IMG/VR virus record: IMGVR_UViG_3300042256_000013
Span: 288,001 to 352,000 of that record
Origin: a virus
Taxonomy: Duplodnaviria; Heunggongvirae; Uroviricota; Caudoviricetes
Length of the DNA: 64,000 nt
Strand: one strand, 5' to 3'
Part shown: one piece after another, positions 1-9,434 of the stretch
How the letters are laid out: each line of letters starts with the position of its first letter
How positions within the stretch are numbered: the stretch's first letter is position 1
Translations under genes and position numbers: made by a program
The notes under the pieces: model-generated
Databases searched by the model: none
The model's input: only the letters and a program-made list of their open reading frames with translations
Told to the model about the DNA's origin: nothing

Positions 1-77
1 CATTGGAACTGCCTTTACTTCACTAAAGCCATGACCGCTTACAGTAACATAAAACAGAAATGTTGCTAATACCATTT

Positions 78-1334
78 TTAATCCTCCACTTTCAGAAGGT
101 ATTTGTTGTTGATGACTTTGAAGTGGATAGTCTGACCATTCACTTTTACAGTACTTTTGTACACATCACCTTCACAAATCGGAGCAACAATGCTCGCATG
201 ATCCGCTGATGCAAGTGCATCAGAGATGGAAGTGTATACATCAAAGAAGTATACAATTTCACCCTGCGGAACTACTGTCAGACCCAGGATATTTGACAAT
301 TCGATAAAATCAGCATCATCCAGGAAGTTCTGAGCATCAATATCCCAAACACGGAATGCATAGAACTGATGTTCTTCCAGTTGTTCGATATTACCCTGGA
401 TACCCGGACCCATACATTCGCCCTGAATAGCAAGCTGGCGATTGTTATCGGTGCAGTACTTACGTAGACGTTCAATAATATCGTCTTTCAATGCTGCTTT
501 CCAGAATGCTGCACTTTCATCGAACTTCAGTGCGAGGTTACGTGAACACACGATACCTTGACCTTCTTCCCACTGGAACGGATAAGGAATGACTTCTGCA
601 ACGTCCAGTGTCTGAGTTTCCTCATTAAACACTTTCAGATCATCATCAATCTTTTCTACAAAGAAATCAGGATTGCTTACGAAAGCAATAGTCTGACTTG
701 AACCTTCCAGTTTCAGAGATTTACGGAAAGGTACACCCTGCATAGTCTGACTGTACTTACCGAACACGTTCTGAATACGATCTTCATCAGTTTTTGGAAT
801 GAAGATCGGGAAGTTACCAGCAGTCTTAACACGACCTGCACCAGTACCGCCATTACGTTCATCAGGACGTTCGTACTTAGTTACATCCAGGAACTGTTCG
901 ATTCCATTGCGAGAATCTTCAAGTGCACGGAACACTTTACAGAAGCGTTCTACACTATCAGACGCTTTGATGCTGAGTTGTTCTGCAATTGCAGAAATAG
1001 TTTCTGGATCAATAATTGTAATCGGCAGAGCTAAGCCCTGGCTAACCTGTCCACGCAATTTAATAGTACGTAGACGGAGGCGTTCTTTACCAGCTTCATC
1101 AGTTTTAGTTCCATTGCGAAGCAAGAAACCAAACAATGGATTATCAGCAGGAAGAAAAGAATCGATTTCAAAGAAAATACAGTAATTCGTAGGTTCGAAT
1201 TCGCCTTTCTTAATAACGACTTGCCAGCCATCAACAGTTGCTACTTCGATAGCATCTGCATTTACAATTGGGTCAACCGCATTGATTTTACGGACAGTTA
1301 CCAGACGACGACCTTCAGTTACGAGTTCAGCCAT
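78..1334 (-). CDS. ATP-dependent RNA ligase, DRB0094/Rnl5-like (N-terminal OB-fold + ligase domain)
   Basis: N-terminal ADAIEVATVDGWQVV..KGEF..FEIDSFLP and KLRGQVSQGL; ligase motifs KLEGSS (I), QGECMGPGIQGN (III), EGDVYK (IV), FKVINNKYLLK (V). Confidence 0.85.
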   Translation of the reverse strand: MAELVTEGRRLVTVRKINAVDPIVNADAIEVATVDGWQVVIKKGEFEPTNYCIFFEIDSFLPADNPLFGFLLRNGTKTDEAGKERLRLRTIKLRGQVSQGLALPITIIDPETISAIAEQLSIKASDSVERFCKVFRALEDSRNGIEQFLDVTKYERPDERNGGTGAGRVKTAGNFPIFIPKTDEDRIQNVFGKYSQTMQGVPFRKSLKLEGSSQTIAFVSNPDFFVEKIDDDLKVFNEETQTLDVAEVIPYPFQWEEGQGIVCSRNLALKFDESAAFWKAALKDDIIERLRKYCTDNNRQLAIQGECMGPGIQGNIEQLEEHQFYAFRVWDIDAQNFLDDADFIELSNILGLTVVPQGEIVYFFDVYTSISDALASADHASIVAPICEGDVYKSTVKVNGQTIHFKVINNKYLLKVED

Positions 1335-1369
1335 TTTTCTTTTCTCTCTTTGTTTGATTAAGTGTGAGC

Positions 1370-1398
1370 ATTATACATAATACTCACTGACCTGTCAA
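1370..1398 (-). promoter_or_regulatory. Consensus sigma70-type (early) promoter upstream of the RNA ligase
   Basis: Minus strand TTGACA-17 nt-TATAAT, perfect consensus. Confidence 0.85.
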
Positions 1399-1973
1399 GC
1401 ACTTGGAAGACAAAAATCGATATAATTTTGTTCTTTGTCAGAGTCAGAATATAACGTATTTTTAACGTTCGTGAACAAATTTTCAATAAGGAACGGGCAA
1501 CCTTGATGGTTACGATAGTTCATTATAATCTGATCGACGTGCTTTGTAAAGCACACATCAGCATAAAGAATATTTTGTAATTCAGTACCATCAGGCCAAT
1601 AAGCATCATAGTACTTGTCTTCGTACTTAATAGCACAATGACAGAAAATATCAGGAAACTTATAGCCAGTCCATTCTGAACGTTCATCAGTTTGCCAAAG
1701 TCCGACAATTTCAACTTCAGTATTATGAACATCCATCATATACGATTGGACGAATAATGCAGTTGGTAAACAAATTCCAGTACCTAACTGATTACGACCA
1801 CTACATACACTCATATCGAACAAAACACGGTTCCATTTACGAGAACGTAGCAAATGTGGATAATTAGTTTCTAACCAGTTACGATGAATAGCATCATGGG
1901 CTGGTTTGAATACTTTTAAGTGTTCTAAAATTACAGCATTATAAGCATTACCAATACTTTCTGAAATATTCAT
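1395..1973 (-). CDS. Hypothetical protein, possible transglutaminase/papain-like Cys-His-Asp fold
   Basis: GICLPTALF ... CHCAIKYEDKYYDAY spacing; start placed at MNISES, coupled to the upstream stop. Confidence 0.5.
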   Translation of the reverse strand: MNISESIGNAYNAVILEHLKVFKPAHDAIHRNWLETNYPHLLRSRKWNRVLFDMSVCSGRNQLGTGICLPTALFVQSYMMDVHNTEVEIVGLWQTDERSEWTGYKFPDIFCHCAIKYEDKYYDAYWPDGTELQNILYADVCFTKHVDQIIMNYRNHQGCPFLIENLFTNVKNTLYSDSDKEQNYIDFCLPSA

Positions 1974-2290
1974 TATACTCTCCGATTCCATTTATTCATT
2001 ACTTCGTCAATTGAGTTGCCAGTAAGTTCACATCCACAACCAAATTCACTTTCGAGACAACTAAATGACCAAACATAACCACGTTCAGTAATTTGAGACT
2101 CTAGTAATATTTGTAAGGGATGTTGATAATAATAAATTATTCCTAAATCTTCACCAAAATCACGAATATCTAAAAAAGGAGATTTTACCCATTCTCCAGT
2201 CGGATAAAGACTATCATGTAAATTATAATGGCCTGGTTGATTTCCACAAAATGGGCATGGTTTAATTTCACCAGTATATGGATGACTCAT
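1973..2290 (-). CDS. Lar-like (restriction alleviation) zinc-finger protein
   Basis: KPCPFCG N-terminus, second Cys cluster and C-terminal KWNRR, typical of the Lar family. Confidence 0.6.
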   Translation of the reverse strand: MSHPYTGEIKPCPFCGNQPGHYNLHDSLYPTGEWVKSPFLDIRDFGEDLGIIYYYQHPLQILLESQITERGYVWSFSCLESEFGCGCELTGNSIDEVMNKWNRRV

Positions 2291-2299
2291 AGAAGTGCC

Positions 2300-2623
2300 T
2301 TAATATTTGATTGGTAAATCTTCAAGTTTAACATCTAATCCATAATGTTCATTGAACTGCTCAATATTAAGAAAAATTCTAGAAGCAATTTCTTTATTAC
2401 GAACACGTGAACGACTATTCTTAGATGTAATTTCAATAGGAACATTAACCATCTTACTAAATGAATTTCGACGATAAGCACGTTCTTGAACTTCAATACG
2501 ATGGAATTTATATTTAAGTTTTAAGTACTGAAAACCAGGATCACTTTGAAGAAGATAAAGTAATTTATTCTTCGTCCAAAATGTCATCTTCGCTTTGTTG
2601 CGATTGATCAATTTTCTTTTCAT
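2300..2623 (-). CDS. Hypothetical protein
   Basis: ORF in operon orientation. Confidence 0.55.
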   Translation of the reverse strand: MKRKLINRNKAKMTFWTKNKLLYLLQSDPGFQYLKLKYKFHRIEVQERAYRRNSFSKMVNVPIEITSKNSRSRVRNKEIASRIFLNIEQFNEHYGLDVKLEDLPIKY

Positions 2624-2756
2624 GTTCTTTTAATTTCTTACGTAAAGTTGAACTGCTGGAAAATCCAGGCTTAGCCTGGAATTCTTCTTTCCGAATCTCA
2701 TATTCCTTATTCAAGGATTTGAGAATCTTTTTTGCGTGTTTATTGAAATCACTCAT
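2565..2756 (-). CDS. Hypothetical protein
   Basis: ORF with ATGA overlap to the upstream gene. Confidence 0.5.
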   Translation of the reverse strand: MSDFNKHAKKILKSLNKEYEIRKEEFQAKPGFSSSSTLRKKLKEHEKKIDQSQQSEDDILDEE

Positions 2757-3088
2757 GGAGCAATGCCAACATCATACATGTCTTCATAAACAGTGCCGTC
2801 TTCATCAGTTACCATCTCACGAACCCAATCATGGTATTTTTGAGATGCTTCACCAGTTACAAAACGAAGTTCTGTATGACCGTTATCCCATGATGCTAAA
2901 GATACAATAACTGGAGTATCATTTAGAATACGAGCAGCTTGGTCGAGTACCCAATCTTTATGATGTTGACCATCAATACCGCCATACTTACCAATAAAGA
3001 TAAGAGCCATTACATCCGGTGGTGCTTCAAAGAATGGATTAAGTACTGGATCATTTGTTACATCTACAACGCCTAAATAGCCTTCCAT
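2753..3088 (-). CDS. Conserved phage hypothetical protein
   Basis: YGGIDGQHHKDWVLDQ motif; AAGGA RBS. Confidence 0.65.
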   Translation of the reverse strand: MEGYLGVVDVTNDPVLNPFFEAPPDVMALIFIGKYGGIDGQHHKDWVLDQAARILNDTPVIVSLASWDNGHTELRFVTGEASQKYHDWVREMVTDEDGTVYEDMYDVGIAP

Positions 3089-3097
3089 ATTTTTTCC

Positions 3098-3373
3098 TTA
3101 TGGGTACATGATTTGTTTCTTATATAATTCTTCAAGTTCTTCATCTGAGCAATTCATCAGATTTTCAAATTGTGGAAATTCAACAACTAGTGCTGAACTT
3201 TCAATCTCAAGTTCACAAACTTCAAATTTAACATTAGAATATTCATTATAATATTCTAAATATCCACGTTTGATCATAGCAGAACGCAGATTGTCATATT
3301 CACCTTTCACTTCTTCAATTGGATACATAGAATTTGGTTCAAAATATAATTCCAGTACTTTATAAATTTTCAT
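3098..3373 (-). CDS. Hypothetical protein
   Basis: Tightly packed ORF. Confidence 0.6.
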   Translation of the reverse strand: MKIYKVLELYFEPNSMYPIEEVKGEYDNLRSAMIKRGYLEYYNEYSNVKFEVCELEIESSALVVEFPQFENLMNCSDEELEELYKKQIMYP

Positions 3374-3375
3374 TT

Positions 3376-3909
3376 TTATTTTCCATGCAATGGTTTATTG
3401 CTTTGGTAATAATAAGTCTTCTCTGATGTTTCAAGAGTGAAACTTTTCTGACATAGTGCTTCTGCCAGTTTATATGCTAACGATTTTGCTTCTTCTAAAA
3501 GCTCATCATTCGATTTAGGAAATCGTGGATAACAAATAACACGAGCAGTAATACCAGATTCTTTACCGCCAGTATATACATAATCACACGGAGAGATTTG
3601 ATAACATGCACCTTGTTCGAAAGTGAATTCACGAGTCGTTTTAACTGCTGTATCATAATCACCTGCCATATGGATAGTCACATATGACGTATCACATGAG
3701 TTTACTTCTTTATAGAATTCATGTTCTACTTTTTGCTTCAGGGAAAGACGCTGGAACATTACATTGAACCATGAAGAAAGTTCATCGAGTTCAATTTCAG
3801 TTAGATAATCATGTGCTTCAATTCGAAGTCCTGAACTTCTTTTATACCATTCTTCAATAGTATAACAATCTTGATATATCTTTTCAAATTCAGATTTGAA
3901 ATTATGCAT
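3376..3909 (-). CDS. Hypothetical protein
   Basis: ORF with YVYTGGKESG..ICYPRFP motif. Confidence 0.65.
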   Translation of the reverse strand: MHNFKSEFEKIYQDCYTIEEWYKRSSGLRIEAHDYLTEIELDELSSWFNVMFQRLSLKQKVEHEFYKEVNSCDTSYVTIHMAGDYDTAVKTTREFTFEQGACYQISPCDYVYTGGKESGITARVICYPRFPKSNDELLEEAKSLAYKLAEALCQKSFTLETSEKTYYYQSNKPLHGK

Positions 3910-4498
3910 TTTCTACCTTTATTGGAGTTAAGTGTAATACAGGTTCAGCCATATGTTCTTCTAAATCAACAATACGAAGAAACGTATAAGGACTAATAGT
4001 ACGAGTAGTGTCAAAGCACAATCCAGGATTATGTTTGGATTCATACATACGACCATAACCATAATATTTGTTTTCAATCCAAATACGATCACCATTAGAA
4101 AAATTAATAGTGTGATTATCCAGTTCAGCTTGAACTTGATCATTTTCATAAGCAAGAATAAGACGTAAAATATAACGATCCGCACGGTCAATTATCGGTC
4201 GATCAGTATGTCTGTCTTTATATTCTTTCCATGCAGTTGGATATTGTTTTTTAAGATACTCAAAATGTTGGTCTGAGGTCATCACAACAGTTGGTATCTC
4301 TTCGGTGCTAAGTTCACCAGGAATTAAATTTTGGTCAGGGAGTCGTAAACGAGTCAATTCTATTTGAGCAGCTTCTATTTTCTTTAAAGCTTTAGTGCTA
4401 CGGATTGATGAAATTTGAGTATTAAACAACCAACCAAGAACGCCAATGATAGCATGTGAAGCTACAAGTCCAATGATGCCTACCGTTGTGATGATCAT
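3902..4498 (-). CDS. Hypothetical membrane-anchored protein
   Basis: Hydrophobic N-terminus; GAGGA RBS. Confidence 0.65.
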   Translation of the reverse strand: MIITTVGIIGLVASHAIIGVLGWLFNTQISSIRSTKALKKIEAAQIELTRLRLPDQNLIPGELSTEEIPTVVMTSDQHFEYLKKQYPTAWKEYKDRHTDRPIIDRADRYILRLILAYENDQVQAELDNHTINFSNGDRIWIENKYYGYGRMYESKHNPGLCFDTTRTISPYTFLRIVDLEEHMAEPVLHLTPIKVENA

Positions 4499-4998
4499 GA
4501 TAAGTGTACTTCCTCGTTTTTATGTTTACGTTTAAAGAAACCATGTTGAACATCTTTTTCATTATCTTCTTTCAACATAGAACGAATTTTCATAAGCTTT
4601 TTCCAAGCTTCAGTACTGATAGCTTTACGCCCATTACGAACATTATTTTTGTTCTGTTTATAATGAGCTACATGCAATGGTTCATCAGCCAGCCAGCCAA
4701 AACAATAATGGTCAGGTTGATCAATTTGAACATAGATACGTTGTGCATCATAACTAACTGCACCATTTTGAATCACTTTAGTGAACAATAAATTATCGTT
4801 GTACTTACTTAATTGAACAGTGAATTCACCATTCTCATATCGTTCAAGTACTCTAAGTAATCTTGCACTTTCAGCCTTATCTTTAAATGGATGCATCTGA
4901 AAACGCTGAGGTCCAATACCGAACCAACCTGCTAATGAGGCTTCCATAATGAACCATCCAGCACTAATACCAGTCATAATTGCGAATCCAAAAGGCAT
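4495..4998 (-). CDS. Hypothetical membrane-anchored protein
   Basis: Hydrophobic N-terminus; GGAG RBS. Confidence 0.65.
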   Translation of the reverse strand: MPFGFAIMTGISAGWFIMEASLAGWFGIGPQRFQMHPFKDKAESARLLRVLERYENGEFTVQLSKYNDNLLFTKVIQNGAVSYDAQRIYVQIDQPDHYCFGWLADEPLHVAHYKQNKNNVRNGRKAISTEAWKKLMKIRSMLKEDNEKDVQHGFFKRKHKNEEVHLS

Positions 4999-5034
4999 TT
5001 TTATTTCTCCATTAACTAGATAAGGCTGATTCTA

Positions 5035-5622
5035 TCAGCCTTCTTTGGGTGTGTCAAGCTTTTCTTTCTGGAATTTACGGTAACAGTGGCGGCACATGCT
5101 TCTGTAAACATCATTTCCACCAATCAAAACTTGTTCAGTACTTTCAACTAAACGAGCATTGAAGATAGCCTTTTTACCACAATGGCAAATAGTTTTCATC
5201 TCTTCAATACTATCAGCAATCTCAAGAAGACGTTTCGACCCACTGAACAAGTTAGATTCAAAGTCCGTCTTAATGCCATAACAAAGTACTGGAACATTTA
5301 AATCATCGGCTATTACACCTAGAATATCAACCTGTTCTTTAGAAAGAAATTGACATTCATCAATGAAAACTGCTTTAACATCGTTAGTAACAATATCTTC
5401 TATTGCTTTGGTAAGTACTGTTAAGTCATCTTTAGGAATAATAATAGCATCAGTTTCAATACCAATTCTGGATGTTACTTTTCCTGTTCCATATCTATCG
5501 TCCAGTGCAGATGTGAATACAAGTACGTTGTAATTACGTTCTTTGTAGTTATAAGCTGCCTGAAGAAGTGCTGTACTTTTTCCTGCTGACATTACAGAAT
5601 GTCGGAAATAAATCTTCGCCAT
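5035..5622 (-). CDS. tdk: Thymidine kinase
   Basis: MSAGKSTALL P-loop, VFIDECQFL, YGIKTDF, Zn motifs CHCG and CRHC. Confidence 0.95.
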   Translation of the reverse strand: MAKIYFRHSVMSAGKSTALLQAAYNYKERNYNVLVFTSALDDRYGTGKVTSRIGIETDAIIIPKDDLTVLTKAIEDIVTNDVKAVFIDECQFLSKEQVDILGVIADDLNVPVLCYGIKTDFESNLFSGSKRLLEIADSIEEMKTICHCGKKAIFNARLVESTEQVLIGGNDVYRSMCRHCYRKFQKEKLDTPKEG

Positions 5623-5635
5623 AGTAAAATCCTTT

Positions 5636-5926
5636 TTACTTTAATTTAACATGCGTAGTTTTTACAGTACCACCAGTATTGACAAGTTCAATTTTGCCTT
5701 TCTTGATGAGTCTTTTTAAATCTGGATCATTCTTTGTCTGTAAACAATATTTTCTATTCACTGGAAAATTAAATCCAGAATTTAGTACTTCAAGGATTAA
5801 AGCCCTACGCTCTTTACCATAATCCATTTCACGAATTTTCCAGTACTTGAGTAATAATGGTGTCGGATTCCTATTACTATCACGCAATAACTCATCAGAC
5901 ATACGAATATATGTTCTTAATGCCAT
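5636..5926 (-). CDS. Hypothetical protein
   Basis: Packed ORF. Confidence 0.6.
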   Translation of the reverse strand: MALRTYIRMSDELLRDSNRNPTPLLLKYWKIREMDYGKERRALILEVLNSGFNFPVNRKYCLQTKNDPDLKRLIKKGKIELVNTGGTVKTTHVKLK

Positions 5927-6120
5927 TATTCATCATCTACTGATATATTATAAGTTTCAGTGTCATCTCGAACTATTTCATTAGAAAGTTCTGTTCCATC
6001 GTACCAATTTTCCAATGCTTCTTCTTTAGATGAAGCAAGTACACGGTAAGTTGCATATCCACGAACATATCCACTGTAATCTCTGGTTACAATATATTCT
6101 TTTTTATCTTCAGTACTCAT
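5926..6120 (-). CDS. Hypothetical protein
   Basis: ORF with AAGGA RBS. Confidence 0.6.
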   Translation of the reverse strand: MSTEDKKEYIVTRDYSGYVRGYATYRVLASSKEEALENWYDGTELSNEIVRDDTETYNISVDDE

Positions 6121-6144
6121 TTGTTCTAATTCCTTAAATTCTAA

Positions 6145-6555
6145 TCATTCAGATGTATTTTCTTTATCTTTAAAACCTAAATGCCAACGACGATATGCAC
6201 CGAGTTCAGTACTTTCATCGTATTCACATTCACTAATATCAGTTGCTTCTTTACCTTCTTTGAATTCATCTGATTCCCAAATATCAAAGTAATCTGATGG
6301 GTCATAACCAGAAATATGCCATCCAATAAGATCAACAAGAAACTCAATCTTATCTTGTTCTTCAGTTAGAATAGTACAGTGTTCTGTCCAATTGAAATTA
6401 TCAACATATACTTCAGAATGTTTACCCAGGATTTCTCCAAAATATACGGTAACACCAGTAAGTGCTTCCATCCATTCTCTTGTAGTTACAAAAAGACCAT
6501 CTACTGAACCTTGACGACCATAATCAAGTTCAAAACGTACTAAAATATTACTCAT
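6145..6555 (-). CDS. Conserved phage hypothetical protein
   Basis: DYGRQGSVDGLFV..YFGEILGKHSEV motif. Confidence 0.7.
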   Translation of the reverse strand: MSNILVRFELDYGRQGSVDGLFVTTREWMEALTGVTVYFGEILGKHSEVYVDNFNWTEHCTILTEEQDKIEFLVDLIGWHISGYDPSDYFDIWESDEFKEGKEATDISECEYDESTELGAYRRWHLGFKDKENTSE

Positions 6556-7255
6556 ATTTTTTTACCAAATAGTGTGTGAGACGAATCTCACGTTCATAAT
6601 TATCTAATTTTAACTGGATATAACGTGGGTCATCCAGTAAGGTAACAATACCTGTATATTCTTTCTTATTAAGAATTCCCCAAGCAAAATCTTCACTGTT
6701 AACTATTACAGCATCACCAATTACAGCTATCGTACCATCAGGATATGTAGCTTCTTGAACTCCATAATACTGTTGAACTTCTTCAATATCGTAATAATCT
6801 TCATAGTCAGAAGAATAAGCTTCATGTTCTTTTAAATCTTTAAGTACTTCTTCTAAATTTGTTCCTTTTGGAAATATTACATATTCAGGGAATAAATCAA
6901 ATGAAGATGGAAAAGTACTAATTTTCAATTCATATTCAACTGCTTCTTGATATGAAGTTATAATTTCGGGATATAGATAAAAAGTACCATGTTGATCTGA
7001 TTCAACTGATACGGCAATTAATGGTCGAAGTACTGGAGACGTTTGATATTCTAAGCAGAATTTATATGCTGCATCAATTGAATCAAACCAACCACCATCA
7101 ATAATATTTTCTGGATATTCCCATTGAAGAATATCAACGCAAATATTGGATTCTAATTTTAGTGGCGTATCATTCAATAATATTAGATATTTTTCTTCAG
7201 ATTGAATATCCTCAATAAGAGAATATAGATCATCAATTGTCATACTTTTCTCCAA
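6548..7255 (-). CDS. Hypothetical protein (true start may be MTIDD, a few codons downstream)
   Basis: Long acidic ORF. Confidence 0.65.
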   Translation of the reverse strand: MEKSMTIDDLYSLIEDIQSEEKYLILLNDTPLKLESNICVDILQWEYPENIIDGGWFDSIDAAYKFCLEYQTSPVLRPLIAVSVESDQHGTFYLYPEIITSYQEAVEYELKISTFPSSFDLFPEYVIFPKGTNLEEVLKDLKEHEAYSSDYEDYYDIEEVQQYYGVQEATYPDGTIAVIGDAVIVNSEDFAWGILNKKEYTGIVTLLDDPRYIQLKLDNYEREIRLTHYLVKKYE

Positions 7256-7256
7256 A

Positions 7257-7283
7257 TAAAAGAAAAGGAGGCAAAGCCTCCTT
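7257..7283 (-). terminator. Intrinsic terminator
   Basis: AAGGAGGC-TTT-GCCTCCTT followed by a T-rich tract on the minus strand. Confidence 0.7.
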
Positions 7284-7284
7284 A

Positions 7285-7890
7285 TTATTCTTCCTCTTGT
7301 TCTTCATCGTCAAATGTATAATCGTCGTCGGATTCATCATACTCTTCATCCTCCCAACGGTACGCATCATAACGTTCATCTTCCGAAGAAGTGAGTTCAA
7401 CATGAACTCCATGTTGTTTCAAATACGAAATGAAACTACCAGGATTGTTTTCATCCAAAGCGTTTTCAAAGAACACATAATATGCGTCTTCAAATTCTTT
7501 CTCTGCATAATAACCATACTCCCAATAAGTATCCCAATCCGTGTCTTGAGGCCAATTAGCCCATGTTGGATGAACTTTACGGTCTAATAGTCCACGATCA
7601 ATAATCGCAGTCTTATAGCGTTGTTCAAGTTCCTCGTTTGTTTCACGAAGTTTCCATTCTGGACGTGGAATACCACAGCCTATACTTTCTAAGCGATTAA
7701 GAATTTCATTACAAAATGCATAATAATCTGCTTCATCTACATCGTAACAATGTGCTGAACTACCTGAATAGTACTCTCCAAAATTCTGATGCGAATCAGA
7801 ATGAACTGAAAGAATATCATTACTATAGGAACCGCACGTTTCACAATCTGAATAGCTATCATGAACATTGATGGTCAATTCTACTGACAT
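7285..7890 (-). CDS. Hypothetical protein with acidic tail
   Basis: DCETCG motif, D/E-rich C-terminus, GGAG RBS. Confidence 0.7.
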   Translation of the reverse strand: MSVELTINVHDSYSDCETCGSYSNDILSVHSDSHQNFGEYYSGSSAHCYDVDEADYYAFCNEILNRLESIGCGIPRPEWKLRETNEELEQRYKTAIIDRGLLDRKVHPTWANWPQDTDWDTYWEYGYYAEKEFEDAYYVFFENALDENNPGSFISYLKQHGVHVELTSSEDERYDAYRWEDEEYDESDDDYTFDDEEQEEE

Positions 7891-7901
7891 ATATTTTCTC
7901 C

Positions 7902-7930
7902 AAAAGAAAAGGAGACTAAATTGTCTCCTT
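7902..7930 (-). terminator. Intrinsic terminator
   Basis: AAGGAGAC-loop-GTCTCCTT plus T tract. Confidence 0.7.
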
Positions 7931-7935
7931 ATTGA

Positions 7936-8385
7936 TTATTGTAGTACTTTAAGTTTATATAAGATGCTCTCAACAAAACTCATAATATCTTCGAGTGTGT
8001 TTACAGAGCCGTATTCTCCAAGTCCATCCAATATTTCATGTATTTTTATGCAATGTTTTACATATTCTTCCAGTAGAGGAATTGCTTCTTCAAAAGGTTG
8101 AAAAACATAAGAACTGCCAGTACTGAAAATTGGCCCACGGTCTGCCATCATTCCTTCTATGAAGGTATCAACATATTCTGGTAGGTTCTGATAGAATTCA
8201 TCCAGTTCCATATGTTTAGAATAGTAGTTGCACTGTAAGTGCCAGTGGTGTGCTTGGGATTCAAGAAATAGACTATTCTCTACGAATTTAATCAAAATAT
8301 CGTCATGAGTGTCGTCAGTAGTTTCTACATAATCAATCATACTGCGTATGTCGTTAGGATCAAAATGTTCGCTCATAAGTATCAT
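7936..8385 (-). CDS. Dps/ferritin-like protein
   Basis: AHHWHLQ..YSKHMELDEFY..DTFIE ferritin-like metal-binding pattern; TAAATA late-type element upstream at 8407-8412. Confidence 0.65.
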   Translation of the reverse strand: MILMSEHFDPNDIRSMIDYVETTDDTHDDILIKFVENSLFLESQAHHWHLQCNYYSKHMELDEFYQNLPEYVDTFIEGMMADRGPIFSTGSSYVFQPFEEAIPLLEEYVKHCIKIHEILDGLGEYGSVNTLEDIMSFVESILYKLKVLQ

Positions 8386-8409
8386 CCCTTCAGGTTATTG
8401 ATACTGTAT

Positions 8410-8775
8410 TTAGCAGTGAAAAATAAACTTCGGGTTGTAGTAATCACAAACCTTTTTGATTTTCTCATGTTCTACTGTTCCATAAACAAACAGAAATTCA
8501 CACGGAACTTCAGACAAATACATGGTATTAGTACTGATGAAATGTAAATTTTCTATCTTTTGAACAGGGAAATGAGGATCAAAATTTAAACAGATAACAC
8601 AATTATCTTCAAGAGCAATTTCTTTAGTTGCTTCATAAATTCCTAATGCTTTATCATCATTTAAATTTGGTAGGTATATCTGATTCTGTTTTGTTAGATA
8701 AGAATCATACTCAATTAAAATTAGAAAATATCTCAACATTGTACTGTTGAAATATTCATTGTCTGCAAGTTCCAT
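8410..8775 (-). CDS. Hypothetical protein
   Basis: ORF with GGAG RBS located inside a small hairpin (CTAAC-GGA-GTTAG). Confidence 0.6.
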   Translation of the reverse strand: MELADNEYFNSTMLRYFLILIEYDSYLTKQNQIYLPNLNDDKALGIYEATKEIALEDNCVICLNFDPHFPVQKIENLHFISTNTMYLSEVPCEFLFVYGTVEHEKIKKVCDYYNPKFIFHC

Positions 8776-8921
8776 TGCCTAACTCCGTTAGTCAAGAATT
8801 TTCGTTAGTACTCACGTTGTTCGTACTTAACTCAATTCCTTTTAAACTATTTAATACGTTTAACACTGTTTATACTGACGGGGTTTGTTGATCTATTTGC
8901 ATCCCCCCGCAAAGGGGAACG

Positions 8922-9394
8922 AAAAAAAGTCAGAACTAAGCTGACGGTGGTGGTCTTACCATCTGAATTTGTAGATTTCACTCAAATTTTGGACGGATCT
9001 ATATTGTCTAAAATTTGTAGTAAACACTGGCGGGTTGTCCGGTTTCCAGTTACTACAGTCGCATACAACGGTCGGAGTTTTCTCATTGCTCCGCATATAG
9101 TACTTGCTAATTCAGCAACAGGTACTATTGATATTCCGTAGAATATCTCCCTTTTAACAGGTGAGTATGCCTCTAATGCCTATCTGGTGCGTTCATGTCA
9201 AGGACGCATTTAAAGTGCCGCATTGCCGTGGGTGGTACAAACTATGCCAACTCCTAACGGGTAAAATATATTGCACTCGTACTGATTGAACTACTCAACT
9301 GCTGTTTACTTTTCAACGAGATCAGGTTCAAACTATTCCATTTCTGGATCAATCAGAGTTTTTAAAACAGTGAAGACCTTTTTATGATCTTCAC
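8922..9394 (-). ncRNA. Candidate large structured non-coding RNA (family unknown)
   Basis: No credible ORF, GC above background, at least 9 stems, extended -10 promoter at the 5' end, GTCAG/CTGAC + T7 terminator-like 3' end. Confidence 0.6.
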
Positions 9395-9397
9395 ATA

Positions 9398-9413
9398 CAT
9401 TATAGCACAAAAA
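9398..9413 (-). promoter_or_regulatory. Extended -10 promoter (TG-n-TATAAT)
   Basis: Minus strand TTTTTGTGCTATAATG; identical 16-mer at 37901-37916. Confidence 0.7.
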
Positions 9414-9434
9414 TTACAATCGTTTCATTTATTT

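Noticed and set aside
8947-9141. 64-aa plus-strand ORF inside the structured gap
   Set aside because: GTG start with no clear RBS, opposite to local transcription, unremarkable sequence; better explained as a chance ORF in a structured non-coding region
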